A stretch of DNA of 64,000 nt, from contig JABGPZ010000069.1 of NCBI GenBank assembly GCA_018644725.1, forward strand, positions 19,055 to 83,054. The letters are read 5' to 3'. The notes beneath the pieces are model-generated. The model made no database searches. It was given only the letters and a program-made list of their open reading frames with translations, and was not told the DNA's origin. Both the position numbers and the translations under genes were made by a program. Below, piece by piece: positions 1 through 11,004 of the stretch; position 1 is the stretch's first letter, and each line of letters opens with the position of its first letter. This DNA comes from Phycisphaerales bacterium. Its GTDB lineage: Bacteria; Planctomycetota; Phycisphaerae; SM23-33.

Positions 1-1333
1 CGGAGCGCTCGGCGACGATGCCGCGATCCTGATTCCTCGATTGCCGTTCGAGCTGGCGGTGTTCCCACATCGCGTTCTGCGGTGGTTGCGATTGCCGGTG
101 GTGAGTTATGCGCTGCCCGCGTTGATCGCGATGGGCCAGTGGATTCAGAACGCACGCGGGGGGCGGTTTTGGCGGCGGTGGCTTGTCGGGCCGACGCGGC
201 GGACCCTTCGCACGATTCAGCCGGATAGCGGCGGATTTCTCGAAGCAGCGCCACTGACGAGTTTTGTCACGATGGCGATGGCGGACATGGGCGCGGTGGG
301 CGATCCGGCCGTCGTGCGCGGTGTGGCGTTTTTGCGTTCGAGTCAGCGCGACGACGGCGCGTGGCCGATTGACGAAAATCTCTCGACATGGGTGACATCT
401 CTCTCGGCCTCGGCCGTGACGGAGGAGTTGCCCGATGACGAACGCGCAGCACTTGTGGATTCGATTTTGGACCGTCAGCAATGCGTCGTGCATCCGTTCA
501 CGCAGGCGACTGGCGGGGGATGGTCGTGGACAAATCTTTCCGGCGGTGTGCCCGATGCGGATGATACCTCGGCGGCATTGTTGGCGTTGGATGCGCTTTT
601 GGGTAAGCGGGATGGGCGCGGAACGCAAACCGCATCACAGAGAAACCGCGTGTTCGATGCCTCTCGAAAAGGTGCGGCGTGGCTGATGGGTGTGCAAAAT
701 TCTGACGGCGGGTTTCCGACGTTCTGCAAGGGGTGGGGACTGCTGCCGTTCGACCAAAGTTGTTGCGACATTACAGCCCATGCGATTTCGGCACTGAACG
801 AGTGGCATGTACGTTTCGCCGACGCGGCCAAATTCCAAGGACGGTTTGAAGCGCGGATGATCAAAGCCATTCGGCGGGGCGTGAAATTTTTGCGCGCTCA
901 GCAGGAATCCGATGGCCGATGGGTGCCGTTGTGGTTCGGCAACGAGCAGGCCGACGGCCAAGCCAACGGCGTGTATGGCACGGCGCGGGTGTTGATCGGT
1001 TTGGCGAGGGTGCGCGGGTTTGACGTGACGGACTTGGTGGAGCGGGGCAGGGGATATCTGTTGGCGCAACAAAATTCCGACGGCGGGTTTGGCGGCGAGC
1101 TTGGTTGTGATTCGAGCATCGAGGAAACCGCGCTGGCATGCTGGGCACTCGGTGTCAGCGGCGAATCGACGGATGAAATAGAACGCGGTTTGGCCTGGCT
1201 ACAAACGAAAACCGAGAACGGAGCACACTGGCCTCCGTCCCCGATTGGATTGTATTTCGCCTCGCTTTGGTATTCCGAAGACCTTTATCCGCTTGTGTTT
1301 ACAGCGGGAAGCCTTGGCGCGCTAGGCCTTTGA
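1..1333 (+). CDS. shc: Squalene-hopene cyclase, C-terminal ~440 aa (5' end lies outside the window)
   Basis: Frame 2 is open from base 2 with no upstream stop, so the gene continues beyond the window start. A DXDDTA-like motif (DADDTSAAL) is followed by about 5 QW-type repeats (QRDDGAWP, QNSDGGFP, QQESDGRW, QQNSDGGF). About 260 aa lie after DXDD, as in SHC. Confidence 0.7.
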   Translation, partial: GALGDDAAILIPRLPFELAVFPHRVLRWLRLPVVSYALPALIAMGQWIQNARGGRFWRRWLVGPTRRTLRTIQPDSGGFLEAAPLTSFVTMAMADMGAVGDPAVVRGVAFLRSSQRDDGAWPIDENLSTWVTSLSASAVTEELPDDERAALVDSILDRQQCVVHPFTQATGGGWSWTNLSGGVPDADDTSAALLALDALLGKRDGRGTQTASQRNRVFDASRKGAAWLMGVQNSDGGFPTFCKGWGLLPFDQSCCDITAHAISALNEWHVRFADAAKFQGRFEARMIKAIRRGVKFLRAQQESDGRWVPLWFGNEQADGQANGVYGTARVLIGLARVRGFDVTDLVERGRGYLLAQQNSDGGFGGELGCDSSIEETALACWALGVSGESTDEIERGLAWLQTKTENGAHWPPSPIGLYFASLWYSEDLYPLVFTAGSLGALGL

Positions 1334-2590
1334 CTCGCTGTCAGGATGGCTGTTTTCGCCACTGTCAGGATGACTGTTGTCGCCGCCGTGATGTTTGCGG
1401 GAACTTTTATACTGCGGGAGTTTCGCGAAGACCAGCTTGCCGGCCGAGGTTTGCAGTGCGCTGGTGATGGTGACGGTAACGTCTTCGCCGATGTGGTCGC
1501 GGCCTCGTTCGACGACGACCATCGTGCCATCGGTGAGATAGCCCACGCCCTGGTTCGGGTCTTCGCCGGGTCGGACGATTTTGAGCGAGAGAGTTTCGCC
1601 GGGAAGTACGACGGGCTTGAGCGCGTTGGTCAGATCGTTGATGTTCAGCACTTCCACGCCGCGAACCTGCGCGATTTTGTTGAGGTTGAAATCGGTGGTC
1701 AGCAGCTGGGCGTTGAGGTGTTCGGCGAGCGCGACAAGTTTGTCGTCGACGGTTTTGGCCTTCTGGACGTTATAGACTTGCGAGTCGTAGAGCTTGGTTT
1801 CGGTTTGGGTGTTCTGCTGGAGCCGATGGAGGATTTCCAGGCCCTGGCGCCCTCGGTTGCGTTTGAGGCGGTCGGCCGAGTCGGCGATGGTCTGGAGTTC
1901 CTGAAGGACAAAGCGTGGCACGAGAAGCGGCGTTTGCAGAATGGGCGTCTCGGCCAATTCGGCGATGCGCCCGTCGATGATCGCGGAGGTGTCCAGCAGG
2001 ATCGGGCGATAGCCCTTGGTGTTTCGCGCGAATTCGACGTAGGGGATGATGAAACGGAAATCGTCTTTGGTCTGCATCACAATCGTCACGCAGACAAACA
2101 CCGACGTGACACCCAGAAGCAATTTGATAAGCTGAATCGTCTTGACGTAGTTGTCGTAGCGGTAGAATTCTTTGAGATCGGCTTGGTAGGCATCTCGCGC
2201 GTCACGATATTCGGTTTGCTGTTCGGTGAGCTTGACCTTGTTTTCCTCGGTGGGAAGTTCGGCCATTGTCGGCGGAATTTTTGGCTCGACGGGTTGCGCG
2301 ATGACAGGCGGCGATGGGTACAGTCGTATGCCGAGGTCGACCACCAGCGACAGGGCATATGCCAGTGCCAGCCCGGCGAGAATTCCGAAAAATAAACCAC
2401 TGACCAAATGTAGCCGTTTTTGCTTCCAGAACATGTCCAGAAAAATCAGCGCACCCATAACCAGCACCGGAATTAAAATATAGAGCGTGACATATTCCGC
2501 CCCTTGGCTCATGATGCTCTTCTGGTAGGCGAAGGATGTTGTAACTCCAAGAATTACAAGTAGAAACAAGACTCGGATCAGATTCAGCAT
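1322..2590 (-). CDS. PIN/TRAM domain membrane protein (YacL-like)
   Basis: N-terminal TM helices, then a PIN-like segment (ILLDTSAIIDGRI...) and a C-terminal TRAM-like beta segment (GETLSLKIVRPGED...GYLTDGTMVVVE). The 3' end overlaps the shc stop region by 12 nt in convergent orientation. Confidence 0.6.
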   Translation of the reverse strand: MLNLIRVLFLLVILGVTTSFAYQKSIMSQGAEYVTLYILIPVLVMGALIFLDMFWKQKRLHLVSGLFFGILAGLALAYALSLVVDLGIRLYPSPPVIAQPVEPKIPPTMAELPTEENKVKLTEQQTEYRDARDAYQADLKEFYRYDNYVKTIQLIKLLLGVTSVFVCVTIVMQTKDDFRFIIPYVEFARNTKGYRPILLDTSAIIDGRIAELAETPILQTPLLVPRFVLQELQTIADSADRLKRNRGRQGLEILHRLQQNTQTETKLYDSQVYNVQKAKTVDDKLVALAEHLNAQLLTTDFNLNKIAQVRGVEVLNINDLTNALKPVVLPGETLSLKIVRPGEDPNQGVGYLTDGTMVVVERGRDHIGEDVTVTITSALQTSAGKLVFAKLPQYKSSRKHHGGDNSHPDSGENSHPDSESKA

Positions 2591-2740
2591 AAGATGTCTC
2601 CCTGGGATGATGGATTATGGATGAATAGGGATGGGGTTCGTGTATATTTCAAAGGATACCATTGGGCTGGGAAAAATGCCAGAAAAAAGAAAAAACCTTC
2701 TTTCCCAGGCACGCAAAATAAAAAACATTGGTGAAACAAC

Positions 2741-2768
2741 TTGACAAACGTAAAATGCACTGTATATT
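2741..2768 (+). promoter_or_regulatory. sigma70-like promoter upstream of rpoD (TTGACA, 16-nt spacer, TATATT) in an AT-rich divergent intergenic region
   Basis: -35 TTGACA at 2741-2746 and -10 TATATT at 2763-2768. The region 2600-2800 is markedly AT-rich compared with the surrounding sequence. Confidence 0.35.
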
Positions 2769-2855
2769 TTTGACCTCTTGACCCCGAAGGGGGAACCTAT
2801 GCGCAAAGCAAACGGGGCCGATGCCCCACTCAACCCAGATCCCAGGAGTTCCTGC

Positions 2856-4511
<1,656 letters not shown>

Positions 4512-4542
4512 ACCAACCTTCTCGACAATTAAAATCTCCAAA

Positions 4543-4569
4543 AGTGACCTGCAAGGGTCACTTTTTTTG
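4543..4569 (+). terminator. Rho-independent terminator after rpoD
   Basis: Hairpin GTGACC-tgcaag-GGTCAC followed by TTTTTTT. Confidence 0.6.
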
Positions 4570-4633
4570 TAATGACTTCGGACTCCGTTCGTTTATAGTG
4601 GTAGAGAATGATATCACTTTTCAGGAGAATCGA

Positions 4634-6172
4634 ATGCAAACGAAATTATCGCGTCGACGAATGATGACTCTCGCGGGGTTTGGTGCGGCATCGGCTGCGA
4701 CGGGGCTTCTGTGGGCGGTGCCCAAGAAAAAGAAACCCGCTAAGAAACCTGCCAAGTCCAAGCCCGCCACCGGCAAGACACCGACCCGGCCGAATATTGT
4801 CTACATCATCGGCGACGACATCAGCATGGATGACTGGGGCTGCTACGGGCATCCGAGTATTCGCACCCCCAACGTCGACGCGCTCGCCAAAGGCGGCCTG
4901 CGCTGTACCAACGCATACCTCTCAATCTCCTCGTGTAGCCCGAGTCGCTGTAGCATCATCACAGGGCGCTGGCCTCACAACACCGGTGCGTGCGAGCTTC
5001 ACATCGATCTGCCCAAGGGGCAAGTCATGTTCCCCCGCGAACTCAAGAAAGCGGGCTACTATACCGTCCAGGCCGGCAAGTGGCATCTCGGCAAGAATGC
5101 CAAGGTTGCGTTTGACAACGTCTATGAAAAGGAAGAGAGGGGCGTTGGCGGCGAAGGCCGATGGATCAAGTGTCTCAGGGAACGCCCCAAGGACAAACCC
5201 TTCTTCGCGTGGTTCGCTTCGAACGATGCCCACCGAAAATGGCAGCCGGATGAGGGCTCCGAACCCCACACCCGCAAGGATGTCATCGTGCCGCCGTATC
5301 TGGTCGATGATGCTGCGACGCGCGAGGACCTGCGGCAATATTACGATGAAGTCCAGCGGCTGGACCGCTATGTCGGCCTCGTCGTCAAGGAACTCAAGCG
5401 CCAGGGCGTGCTCGACAATACCATCATCGTCGTGATGGCCGACAACGCCCGACCGTTCCAACGTTGCAAGACGCGATTGCTCGACAGCGGCATCAAGACG
5501 CCGCTGGTGATTTCCTGGCCGAAGGGAATTACGACCCCGGCTGTGACCAATTCGCTGGTGAGTTCGATTGATATCGCGCCGACGCTGCTCGAGGCGGCGG
5601 GCGTGAAGGTTGGCCCGACGTTTCAGGGCGTGAGCATGGTCCCGCTTTTCGCTGACCCGACCGCTACGGTGCGCGAGTATACGTTTGGCGAACACAACTG
5701 GCATGACCGCGAAGACCACGAGCGGATGGTCCACTATAAGAATTTTACCTACATTCGCAACCGTCGCCCCAAGGGCATGATGACTGGCCCGGCCGACGCA
5801 CAGGCCTCCCATGCGTTATCGTATCCTTCGCTATTGAAGGGCTACAAAGCGGGAACGCTGACCAAAGAGCAGATGCAGATCTTCGCCGAAGTTCAGCCTG
5901 CCGAGCAATTGTTCGATTCCATAAGCGATCCGGATCAGTTCAAGAATCTCGCGGCCGATCCCAAACACGCCGAAATGCTGGCGCACCTGCGCGAGGTGCT
6001 GGCGGCGTGGGAAGAGCAAACCGGCGACAGTTGTCCGAAGAATCTTACGAAGGACACCTCCGAGCGGCTTAGCGGCAAGAAATTTCCCAAGGGTCGCACC
6101 GGCAATTGGCGCGGGACGATGCCCGGCAGCGACAAGAACGCGACGAAAATCAACAATCCCGGCCCGCGATAG
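4634..6172 (+). CDS. Sulfatase (arylsulfatase family) with Tat signal peptide
   Basis: N-terminal SRRRMMTLAGFGAASAA twin-arginine signal. Sulfatase signature C-S-P-S-R (CSPSRCSIITGR), the formylglycine target motif. AGGAGA SD before the ATG at 4634. The track start at 4544 lies inside the rpoD terminator and is rejected. Confidence 0.8.
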   Translation: MQTKLSRRRMMTLAGFGAASAATGLLWAVPKKKKPAKKPAKSKPATGKTPTRPNIVYIIGDDISMDDWGCYGHPSIRTPNVDALAKGGLRCTNAYLSISSCSPSRCSIITGRWPHNTGACELHIDLPKGQVMFPRELKKAGYYTVQAGKWHLGKNAKVAFDNVYEKEERGVGGEGRWIKCLRERPKDKPFFAWFASNDAHRKWQPDEGSEPHTRKDVIVPPYLVDDAATREDLRQYYDEVQRLDRYVGLVVKELKRQGVLDNTIIVVMADNARPFQRCKTRLLDSGIKTPLVISWPKGITTPAVTNSLVSSIDIAPTLLEAAGVKVGPTFQGVSMVPLFADPTATVREYTFGEHNWHDREDHERMVHYKNFTYIRNRRPKGMMTGPADAQASHALSYPSLLKGYKAGTLTKEQMQIFAEVQPAEQLFDSISDPDQFKNLAADPKHAEMLAHLREVLAAWEEQTGDSCPKNLTKDTSERLSGKKFPKGRTGNWRGTMPGSDKNATKINNPGPR

Positions 6173-6193
6173 GGTCGCTTCGAACATAAAAAC

Positions 6194-6228
6194 GCCCGAG
6201 TCGGTTTGATACTGGCTCGGGCTTTTTT
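6194..6228 (+). terminator. Rho-independent terminator after the sulfatase gene
   Basis: GCCCGAG ... CTCGGGC hairpin followed by TTTTTT. Confidence 0.6.
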
Positions 6229-6317
6229 ATGGAGTTCATTCTTGCCGTTCCTCAAGGGCACTGGATAACCGGTCCTCCTTTTTGTATGATGGTAGGTCGC
6301 ACCCAAAGGAGACCCAC

Positions 6318-7802
6318 ATGGGATATCTAGTCCTCGCACGGAAATATCGAAGCACGACGTTTGACGAGGTGGTCGGCCAGGAGCCGATTGCCCAGACGTT
6401 GACCAATGCCATCGCCACAGGCCGCATCCACCACGCGTATTTGTTCACCGGTACGCGCGGGGTCGGCAAGACGACCATGGCCCGCATTCTCGCCAAGGCG
6501 CTGAACTGCCTCAACTCTGACGGCCCGACGGCAGAGCCTTGCAACGAGTGTGACGCGTGTCTTGCCATTGCCCGCGGCGACGACATGGACGTGGTCGAAA
6601 TTGACGGCGCGTCCAACCGCGGGATCGACCAGATGCGCGAGCTTCGCGCGAACGCGATCTATCGCCCCTCGCGCAGCCGCTTCAAGATTTACTATATTGA
6701 CGAAGTTCACCAGATCACCCGCGACGCGTTCAACGCGCTGCTGAAGACGCTCGAAGAACCGCCGTCGCATGTGAAATTCATCTTCGCGACGACCGAGCCG
6801 GAAAAAATTCCCGCGACGATCCTCAGCCGCTGCCAACGGTTCGACTTCCGCAACATTCCCACCCACCGTATCACCGAGCACCTCGCCGACCTGTGTGGCC
6901 GCGAAGGTGTCGAGGCCGAGCACGACGCGCTCTATCGCGTGGCGCGTGCGGCGGCGGGGTCGATGCGCGATGCGCTGAGTTTGCTCGACCAGTTGCTGGC
7001 CTCCAGTGCGGCCGTGACCGATGCGGAAGTGATCCGCGTCCTCGGCACACCGCCCGACGAGCAGACCCTCGCGATTGTGCGAAACATTGCCGCCGGCGAC
7101 GCGGCGAGTGCGCTGACCCAGCTCGACAAAATTCTGTCGTCCGGCGTGGCACTGTCCAGTGTCGTCGAAGCGCTGGGTGAGACCTATCGCAATCTGATGC
7201 TCGCGTCGACGTGTGGCGCCGAGAGCGAGTTGATCGAGTTGCCCGAATCGCAGAAGGCCGACCTTGTGGAGCTGGCGAAAGGGTTTTCGCTGCCGACGAT
7301 TGTCCAGGGCGTGGGCGTGACCCAGCGCGTGGGCCAGTCGGCGCGCGGGTCGTCGATTGCGCGTGCGATGGTCGAGGCGGCGCTGGTGCGTCTGGCCGCG
7401 GCTGAACAGTTTGTCGATCCCCACAGTCTTCTTCGTCACCTTTCGTCTGTCGCGGCCTCGGCCGGTGGCGGGGGAGGGAGTGGAGGAGGCGGCGGAAATT
7501 TTCCCGCTAGCCCCTCGCCAGCCCAGGCGAGCGGGCGGATGTCGGGCACGACTCCGGGCACCCCAGCAGCATCTGTTGCCACCTCGCCGGCCGCATCGCG
7601 GCCCAAGCCCGTGGAAGACCCCACGGTGCTCGGTGAGGCCTATCGGCCGCTGAAGCTCAACCAGGAACAGACCGCCGCGATCCACAACGACCCGATCGTC
7701 AAGGCCGTGTGCGATCTCTTCGGCGGCAGCGTCGAGGGGCTCTTCGAACCCACTCCCACTGACGAGCCAGATGCGGACACCACCGAAGAACAAGTTTTCT
7801 GA
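6318..7802 (+). CDS. dnaX: DNA polymerase III subunit gamma/tau
   Basis: N-terminal clamp-loader AAA+ (ARKYRSTTFDEVVGQE...HHAYLFTGTRGVGKTT), zinc module CNECDAC, SRC motif (TILSRCQRFDF). AAGGAGA SD before the ATG at 6318. Gly/Ser/Pro-rich linker (GGGGGSGGGGG...) before a short C-terminal domain. Confidence 0.9.
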   Translation: MGYLVLARKYRSTTFDEVVGQEPIAQTLTNAIATGRIHHAYLFTGTRGVGKTTMARILAKALNCLNSDGPTAEPCNECDACLAIARGDDMDVVEIDGASNRGIDQMRELRANAIYRPSRSRFKIYYIDEVHQITRDAFNALLKTLEEPPSHVKFIFATTEPEKIPATILSRCQRFDFRNIPTHRITEHLADLCGREGVEAEHDALYRVARAAAGSMRDALSLLDQLLASSAAVTDAEVIRVLGTPPDEQTLAIVRNIAAGDAASALTQLDKILSSGVALSSVVEALGETYRNLMLASTCGAESELIELPESQKADLVELAKGFSLPTIVQGVGVTQRVGQSARGSSIARAMVEAALVRLAAAEQFVDPHSLLRHLSSVAASAGGGGGSGGGGGNFPASPSPAQASGRMSGTTPGTPAASVATSPAASRPKPVEDPTVLGEAYRPLKLNQEQTAAIHNDPIVKAVCDLFGGSVEGLFEPTPTDEPDADTTEEQVF

Positions 7803-7822
7803 TTCCCCGTGCTTCAAAGGCG

Positions 7823-7850
7823 TTGACAAGAACTTTGAATTCGGTACAAT
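7823..7850 (+). promoter_or_regulatory. Putative promoter of tRNA-Ala (TTGACA, 16-nt spacer, TACAAT)
   Basis: Consensus -35 and near-consensus -10, 15 nt upstream of the mature tRNA 5' end. Confidence 0.4.
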
Positions 7851-7865
7851 GATCGCTCAACCCCC

Positions 7866-7938
7866 GGGGCCGTAGCTCAGTTGGGAGAGCGCTGCGTTCG
7901 CAATGCAGAGGTCGAGAGTTCGAATCTCTTCGGCTCCA
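7866..7938 (+). tRNA. tRNA-Ala (anticodon CGC)
   Basis: Manual cloverleaf: acceptor GGGGCCG/CGGCTCC with the G3:U70 Ala identity pair, D-stem GCTC/GAGC, anticodon stem CTGCG/TGCAG with loop TTCGCAA (anticodon CGC), T-loop TTCGAAT, discriminator A. CCA is not encoded. Confidence 0.85.
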
Positions 7939-7946
7939 CGAAAATC

Positions 7947-7969
7947 ACCCGCATCAGCGGGTTTTTTTT
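7947..7969 (+). terminator. Rho-independent terminator after tRNA-Ala
   Basis: ACCCGC-atca-GCGGGT hairpin followed by TTTTTTTT. Confidence 0.6.
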
Positions 7970-8049
7970 GTGCGAAGAAGGTTCGCGGTGGTCGGGATGA
8001 TAGAGAACAAGGTTGCCTTTGGAAGGCGGGGTCTGTAAAATAGCGGCTT

Positions 8050-9504
8050 ATGCGATTGTTATGCGGACAATGTGGCCGACAGCACAAAGTCACCCCGGGC
8101 CCCCAGATTACCTCGGCGCGGTGTGGTGATTGTGGGCACGAGATTTTTGTGGGGCAGTTTACCCAGGAGATCACTCCGCCGACGTATGATGAGTCCAACC
8201 CGTTATTCGAGTTCTCCCCCGGGGGTACGTTCGCCGAGCGGGCCAAGAAAATGCTCTCCGAGCGGTTGTTGATGGCGTGTAACCATTGTGGCTCGCGCCT
8301 GTTGATCGCCAAGCGCCTCAGCGGGCAGGTGATCAATTGCCAGCAGTGCAAGGGCGAAGTCCATGTTCCGTTTGTTGACGATGGCGAGTTTGACGAGACC
8401 TATCTCCAGATGGCGATGCCGCGGAGTTTGATGGATGCCACGGAAATGGTCAGCATTTCCTCCCAGAGGCGCAGACGTGAACTCCGTCGTCGCCAACAGA
8501 ACACGTCGGTGATGCTGGTTGCTGCCGGTGTGCTGTTGGTGGTGGTGCTGGCATCGATCCTTCTGTTCTCGCGCGGCAATGGGGACTCGGACGACAATTA
8601 CCAAATCTCTGGGAACATGGGTAAATCCGTGACGAAAAATCCCGAAGCCGGGACCAATCAGCCGAAGCGACCTGTCCGTCCCAAGAGCAAACCTCTTGCG
8701 TGCCAGTGTTCTTGGTATGCGCAGGGAGAGCAGCGGTTGCTGCCGGCGGAGCTTGGGCAGGTGTACCTCCGTGTCAAGGTTGCACTGACGGCGGGCGATA
8801 CGAAAATGCGCGTGCCGACCTATGGCGATACGGTTAAGATTCGTTTTTCGGGCAAGTCCTATTCTTCGCTGGGCCGTCCGGCCAAGGGCACCTTGTTGCC
8901 TGTGGTTGCGGTCAAAAAATTTGTGGACCTCGCTCCGCGCCAATCCAAGGACATGACGTTCCTGTTCAAAATCCCGCGTAGCTCTCGCCAAGGCCAGCTT
9001 CGCATAGGAAGCTTCCCCGCGATTGGTATCAACGTAAAACTTCCCAAGCCGAGCATGGAATTTGCCGGGGAGTTTGAGGAACATGCGTCCCGGGCATTGC
9101 CGCTGGCCAAGACCCATCCCGTCATCGCGGCGATTCGCAAGGTCCCCGCTCACGCGCTGAAGATTCAGCCGCGCGGGGGGGGCTATGTGGTGGAATTCAC
9201 CAAGATGCGCCTCCGCGGCCAGGGCCAGATCAAAGATGGGACGTGTGCGTTGACATTGCGTGGTGATGCCGGTGGGGAGCTGGCGTGTTCCCTTGAGTTG
9301 CTCCCGGGCGGGAATGAGCTGATCTTGCATCTCGGAAAGAGTGCCCGCCATCAGATCGCATTCCAGCGGGTCATTCGCATCGCGCCCCCCGCCCCCGTCA
9401 AGCCCGCGCCCTCCGCAGAGTCTGCCAGGCAGGAGGATCGCATTGTGCTGCCGCGCACGTCGCGCGAAAAAAAGAGGGGCTTCTTCGGCATTCCGATCGA
9501 TTGA
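8050..9504 (+). CDS. Hypothetical membrane-anchored protein with two N-terminal zinc-ribbon motifs
   Basis: CGQCGRQH...CGDCGHE and CNHCGSRL...CQQCKGE Cys pairs, then one TM helix (VMLVAAGVLLVVVLASILLF) and a ~300 aa extracytoplasmic domain. Preceded by TTGCCT-17-TAAAAT. A long antisense ORF (8203..9351) is considered spurious. Confidence 0.55.
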   Translation: MRLLCGQCGRQHKVTPGPQITSARCGDCGHEIFVGQFTQEITPPTYDESNPLFEFSPGGTFAERAKKMLSERLLMACNHCGSRLLIAKRLSGQVINCQQCKGEVHVPFVDDGEFDETYLQMAMPRSLMDATEMVSISSQRRRRELRRRQQNTSVMLVAAGVLLVVVLASILLFSRGNGDSDDNYQISGNMGKSVTKNPEAGTNQPKRPVRPKSKPLACQCSWYAQGEQRLLPAELGQVYLRVKVALTAGDTKMRVPTYGDTVKIRFSGKSYSSLGRPAKGTLLPVVAVKKFVDLAPRQSKDMTFLFKIPRSSRQGQLRIGSFPAIGINVKLPKPSMEFAGEFEEHASRALPLAKTHPVIAAIRKVPAHALKIQPRGGGYVVEFTKMRLRGQGQIKDGTCALTLRGDAGGELACSLELLPGGNELILHLGKSARHQIAFQRVIRIAPPAPVKPAPSAESARQEDRIVLPRTSREKKRGFFGIPID

Positions 9505-9550
9505 GCGGGGCAGGGCGAGGCGTCGATTCTCGAAATTTTACATTCTCCTC

Positions 9551-9578
9551 TTGATTTTCAACCCCAAAACGATATAAT
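9551..9578 (+). promoter_or_regulatory. Putative promoter of tRNA-Cys (TTGATT, 16-nt spacer, TATAAT)
   Basis: Seen directly in the sequence, 13 nt upstream of the tRNA 5' end. Confidence 0.4.
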
Positions 9579-9590
9579 TCCTCTCCCTAC

Positions 9591-9664
9591 GGCGGCGTGG
9601 CCAAGTGGACTAAGGCGACGGATTGCAAATCCGTTATTCGTGGGTTCGAATCCCACCGCCGCCT
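9591..9664 (+). tRNA. tRNA-Cys (anticodon GCA)
   Basis: Acceptor GGCGGCG/CGCCGCC, anticodon stem ACGGA/TCCGT with loop TTGCAAA (anticodon GCA), T-arm GTGGG-TTCGAAT-CCCAC, discriminator U as expected for Cys. CCA is not encoded. Confidence 0.85.
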
Positions 9665-9671
9665 CTGATGA

Positions 9672-9703
9672 ATCGTGAGACCTTTTGGCCTCGCGATTTT
9701 TTT
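9672..9703 (+). terminator. Rho-independent terminator after tRNA-Cys
   Basis: Imperfect 11-bp hairpin (ATCGTGAGACC/GGCCTCGCGAT) followed by TTTTTTT. Confidence 0.55.
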
Positions 9704-9806
9704 ATGTCCGGAGTGAAAAAAACGTGACGTTGGCGCGTTACACTTGATATACTGAGGACATACGCTGAACGTACGCTGACTTCAACTACAGACAGAGAGG
9801 TGACTC

Positions 9807-10952
9807 ATGCGCAATGTATTTTATGGGATCGTATTTTTGCTGGTGGCGGGGATTTTGGTTTCGGCCGCACCTGCCGCGACGACGCCTGCGGACGAGTACA
9901 ATGCTCGCCTGGCCAAGACCAACCAGAAAGACCCCGCGAGCATCTATGATCTGGCCAAGTGGATGTCGACGCGATTTGCGACCAATCGGGACATGTTGAA
10001 ACGTGCGAAGCTCCATCTGGACAAGGCGCTGAAACTCGATCCGAACTATCGTCGGGCGCAATATCTGATTAAGGGCATTGACGCGAAACTCAAAAAACTC
10101 GGCACGGCAACTCCCGCGAACGGTTCCAAAACGCCCACCACGACCGCAGAGGGCAGTGGCGATCCGCTGGTGACCGAAAAGCAGATCAATGCGATTCGTC
10201 TGGCGGAATTTCCCCAGGGCGAGTCAATCTCCAAACGGGACAAGACCGTCCGCATGAAATATCTCAGAGAGAATGGGGACCGGCGCGGGAAGACGGCACT
10301 GGATCGGTATGTCGCCAAAATGATCGAAAAGGGCCTTGACGGTTGGGATAATCCAAAAAAGAAGGCGGCGTTCCTGCGTCAGCCGAAGTACAAACAACTT
10401 CAGGACATGATCTATAACCTCGCACAGGACCAGGATCTTCTTCAGGATGTGCAGATCATTTCCGACCCGGATTTCATGGTTCAGTTCCGCACAAAAGTCT
10501 GGCCGGTGGTCAGGAAATCGTGTGCCAGCAAGTCCTGCCACGGCGGCACGAAGGTGACCAAGGGGCCGCTCTTTACCGACTCCACGCGCACGCGCGAAAT
10601 GTACACCAATTTCTTGATGGTTTCGGCCTATCTCACGACCAACAATAAGCGCCTCGTGGACCGTCAGTCTCCCCACAAATCGCTCCTGCTGCAATTTGGG
10701 CTGCCGACCAAGGACGTGGATTTTCATCACCCTGCCGTAAAAACGCCCTCCAAGGCGATCAAGCCCTTGTTCACCAGCAAGGTCGATCCGCGGTACCGCG
10801 CCATCGCGTCGTGGATTGAGTCTCTCAATGGCCCGTTGCCGCCGAGTTATCACATCGAGTATGTTGCGCCGCGCGGGATCAAACTGGACCTCACGGGCGA
10901 AGGAGTGTTCGCAACTCCCAGCAAAAAGCCCGCGGAACCCGTGAAGAAATAA
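9807..10952 (+). CDS. Secreted hypothetical protein, possibly planctomycete cytochrome-C-like (PSCyt) family
   Basis: Signal peptide MRNVFYGIVFLLVAGILVSAAPA. Cys-rich segment WPVVRKSCASKSCHGG. GAGAGG SD. No catalytic motif recognised. Confidence 0.55.
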   Translation: MRNVFYGIVFLLVAGILVSAAPAATTPADEYNARLAKTNQKDPASIYDLAKWMSTRFATNRDMLKRAKLHLDKALKLDPNYRRAQYLIKGIDAKLKKLGTATPANGSKTPTTTAEGSGDPLVTEKQINAIRLAEFPQGESISKRDKTVRMKYLRENGDRRGKTALDRYVAKMIEKGLDGWDNPKKKAAFLRQPKYKQLQDMIYNLAQDQDLLQDVQIISDPDFMVQFRTKVWPVVRKSCASKSCHGGTKVTKGPLFTDSTRTREMYTNFLMVSAYLTTNNKRLVDRQSPHKSLLLQFGLPTKDVDFHHPAVKTPSKAIKPLFTSKVDPRYRAIASWIESLNGPLPPSYHIEYVAPRGIKLDLTGEGVFATPSKKPAEPVKK

Positions 10953-11004
10953 CTCGCCGCGTTCTTTGGGACGCAGGGCGGGAACAACTCGATTCGAGGG
11001 AGCA

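Noticed and set aside
4544-4633. Upstream extension of the sulfatase ORF (track start 4544)
   Set aside because: It begins inside the rpoD terminator hairpin and precedes the Tat signal by 30 residues. The ATG at 4634 with an AGGAGA SD is the plausible start.
6780-6810. A-rich run (GGAAAAAATT) inside dnaX as a possible -1 frameshift site producing a gamma subunit
   Set aside because: It lies in the N-terminal ATPase domain, far too early for a tau/gamma split. There is no downstream stem-loop and the heptamer is not a canonical A-AAA-AAG.
7857-8351. 164-aa minus-strand ORF
   Set aside because: It overlaps the tRNA-Ala gene and its terminator and has no SD or motif. It is an artefact.
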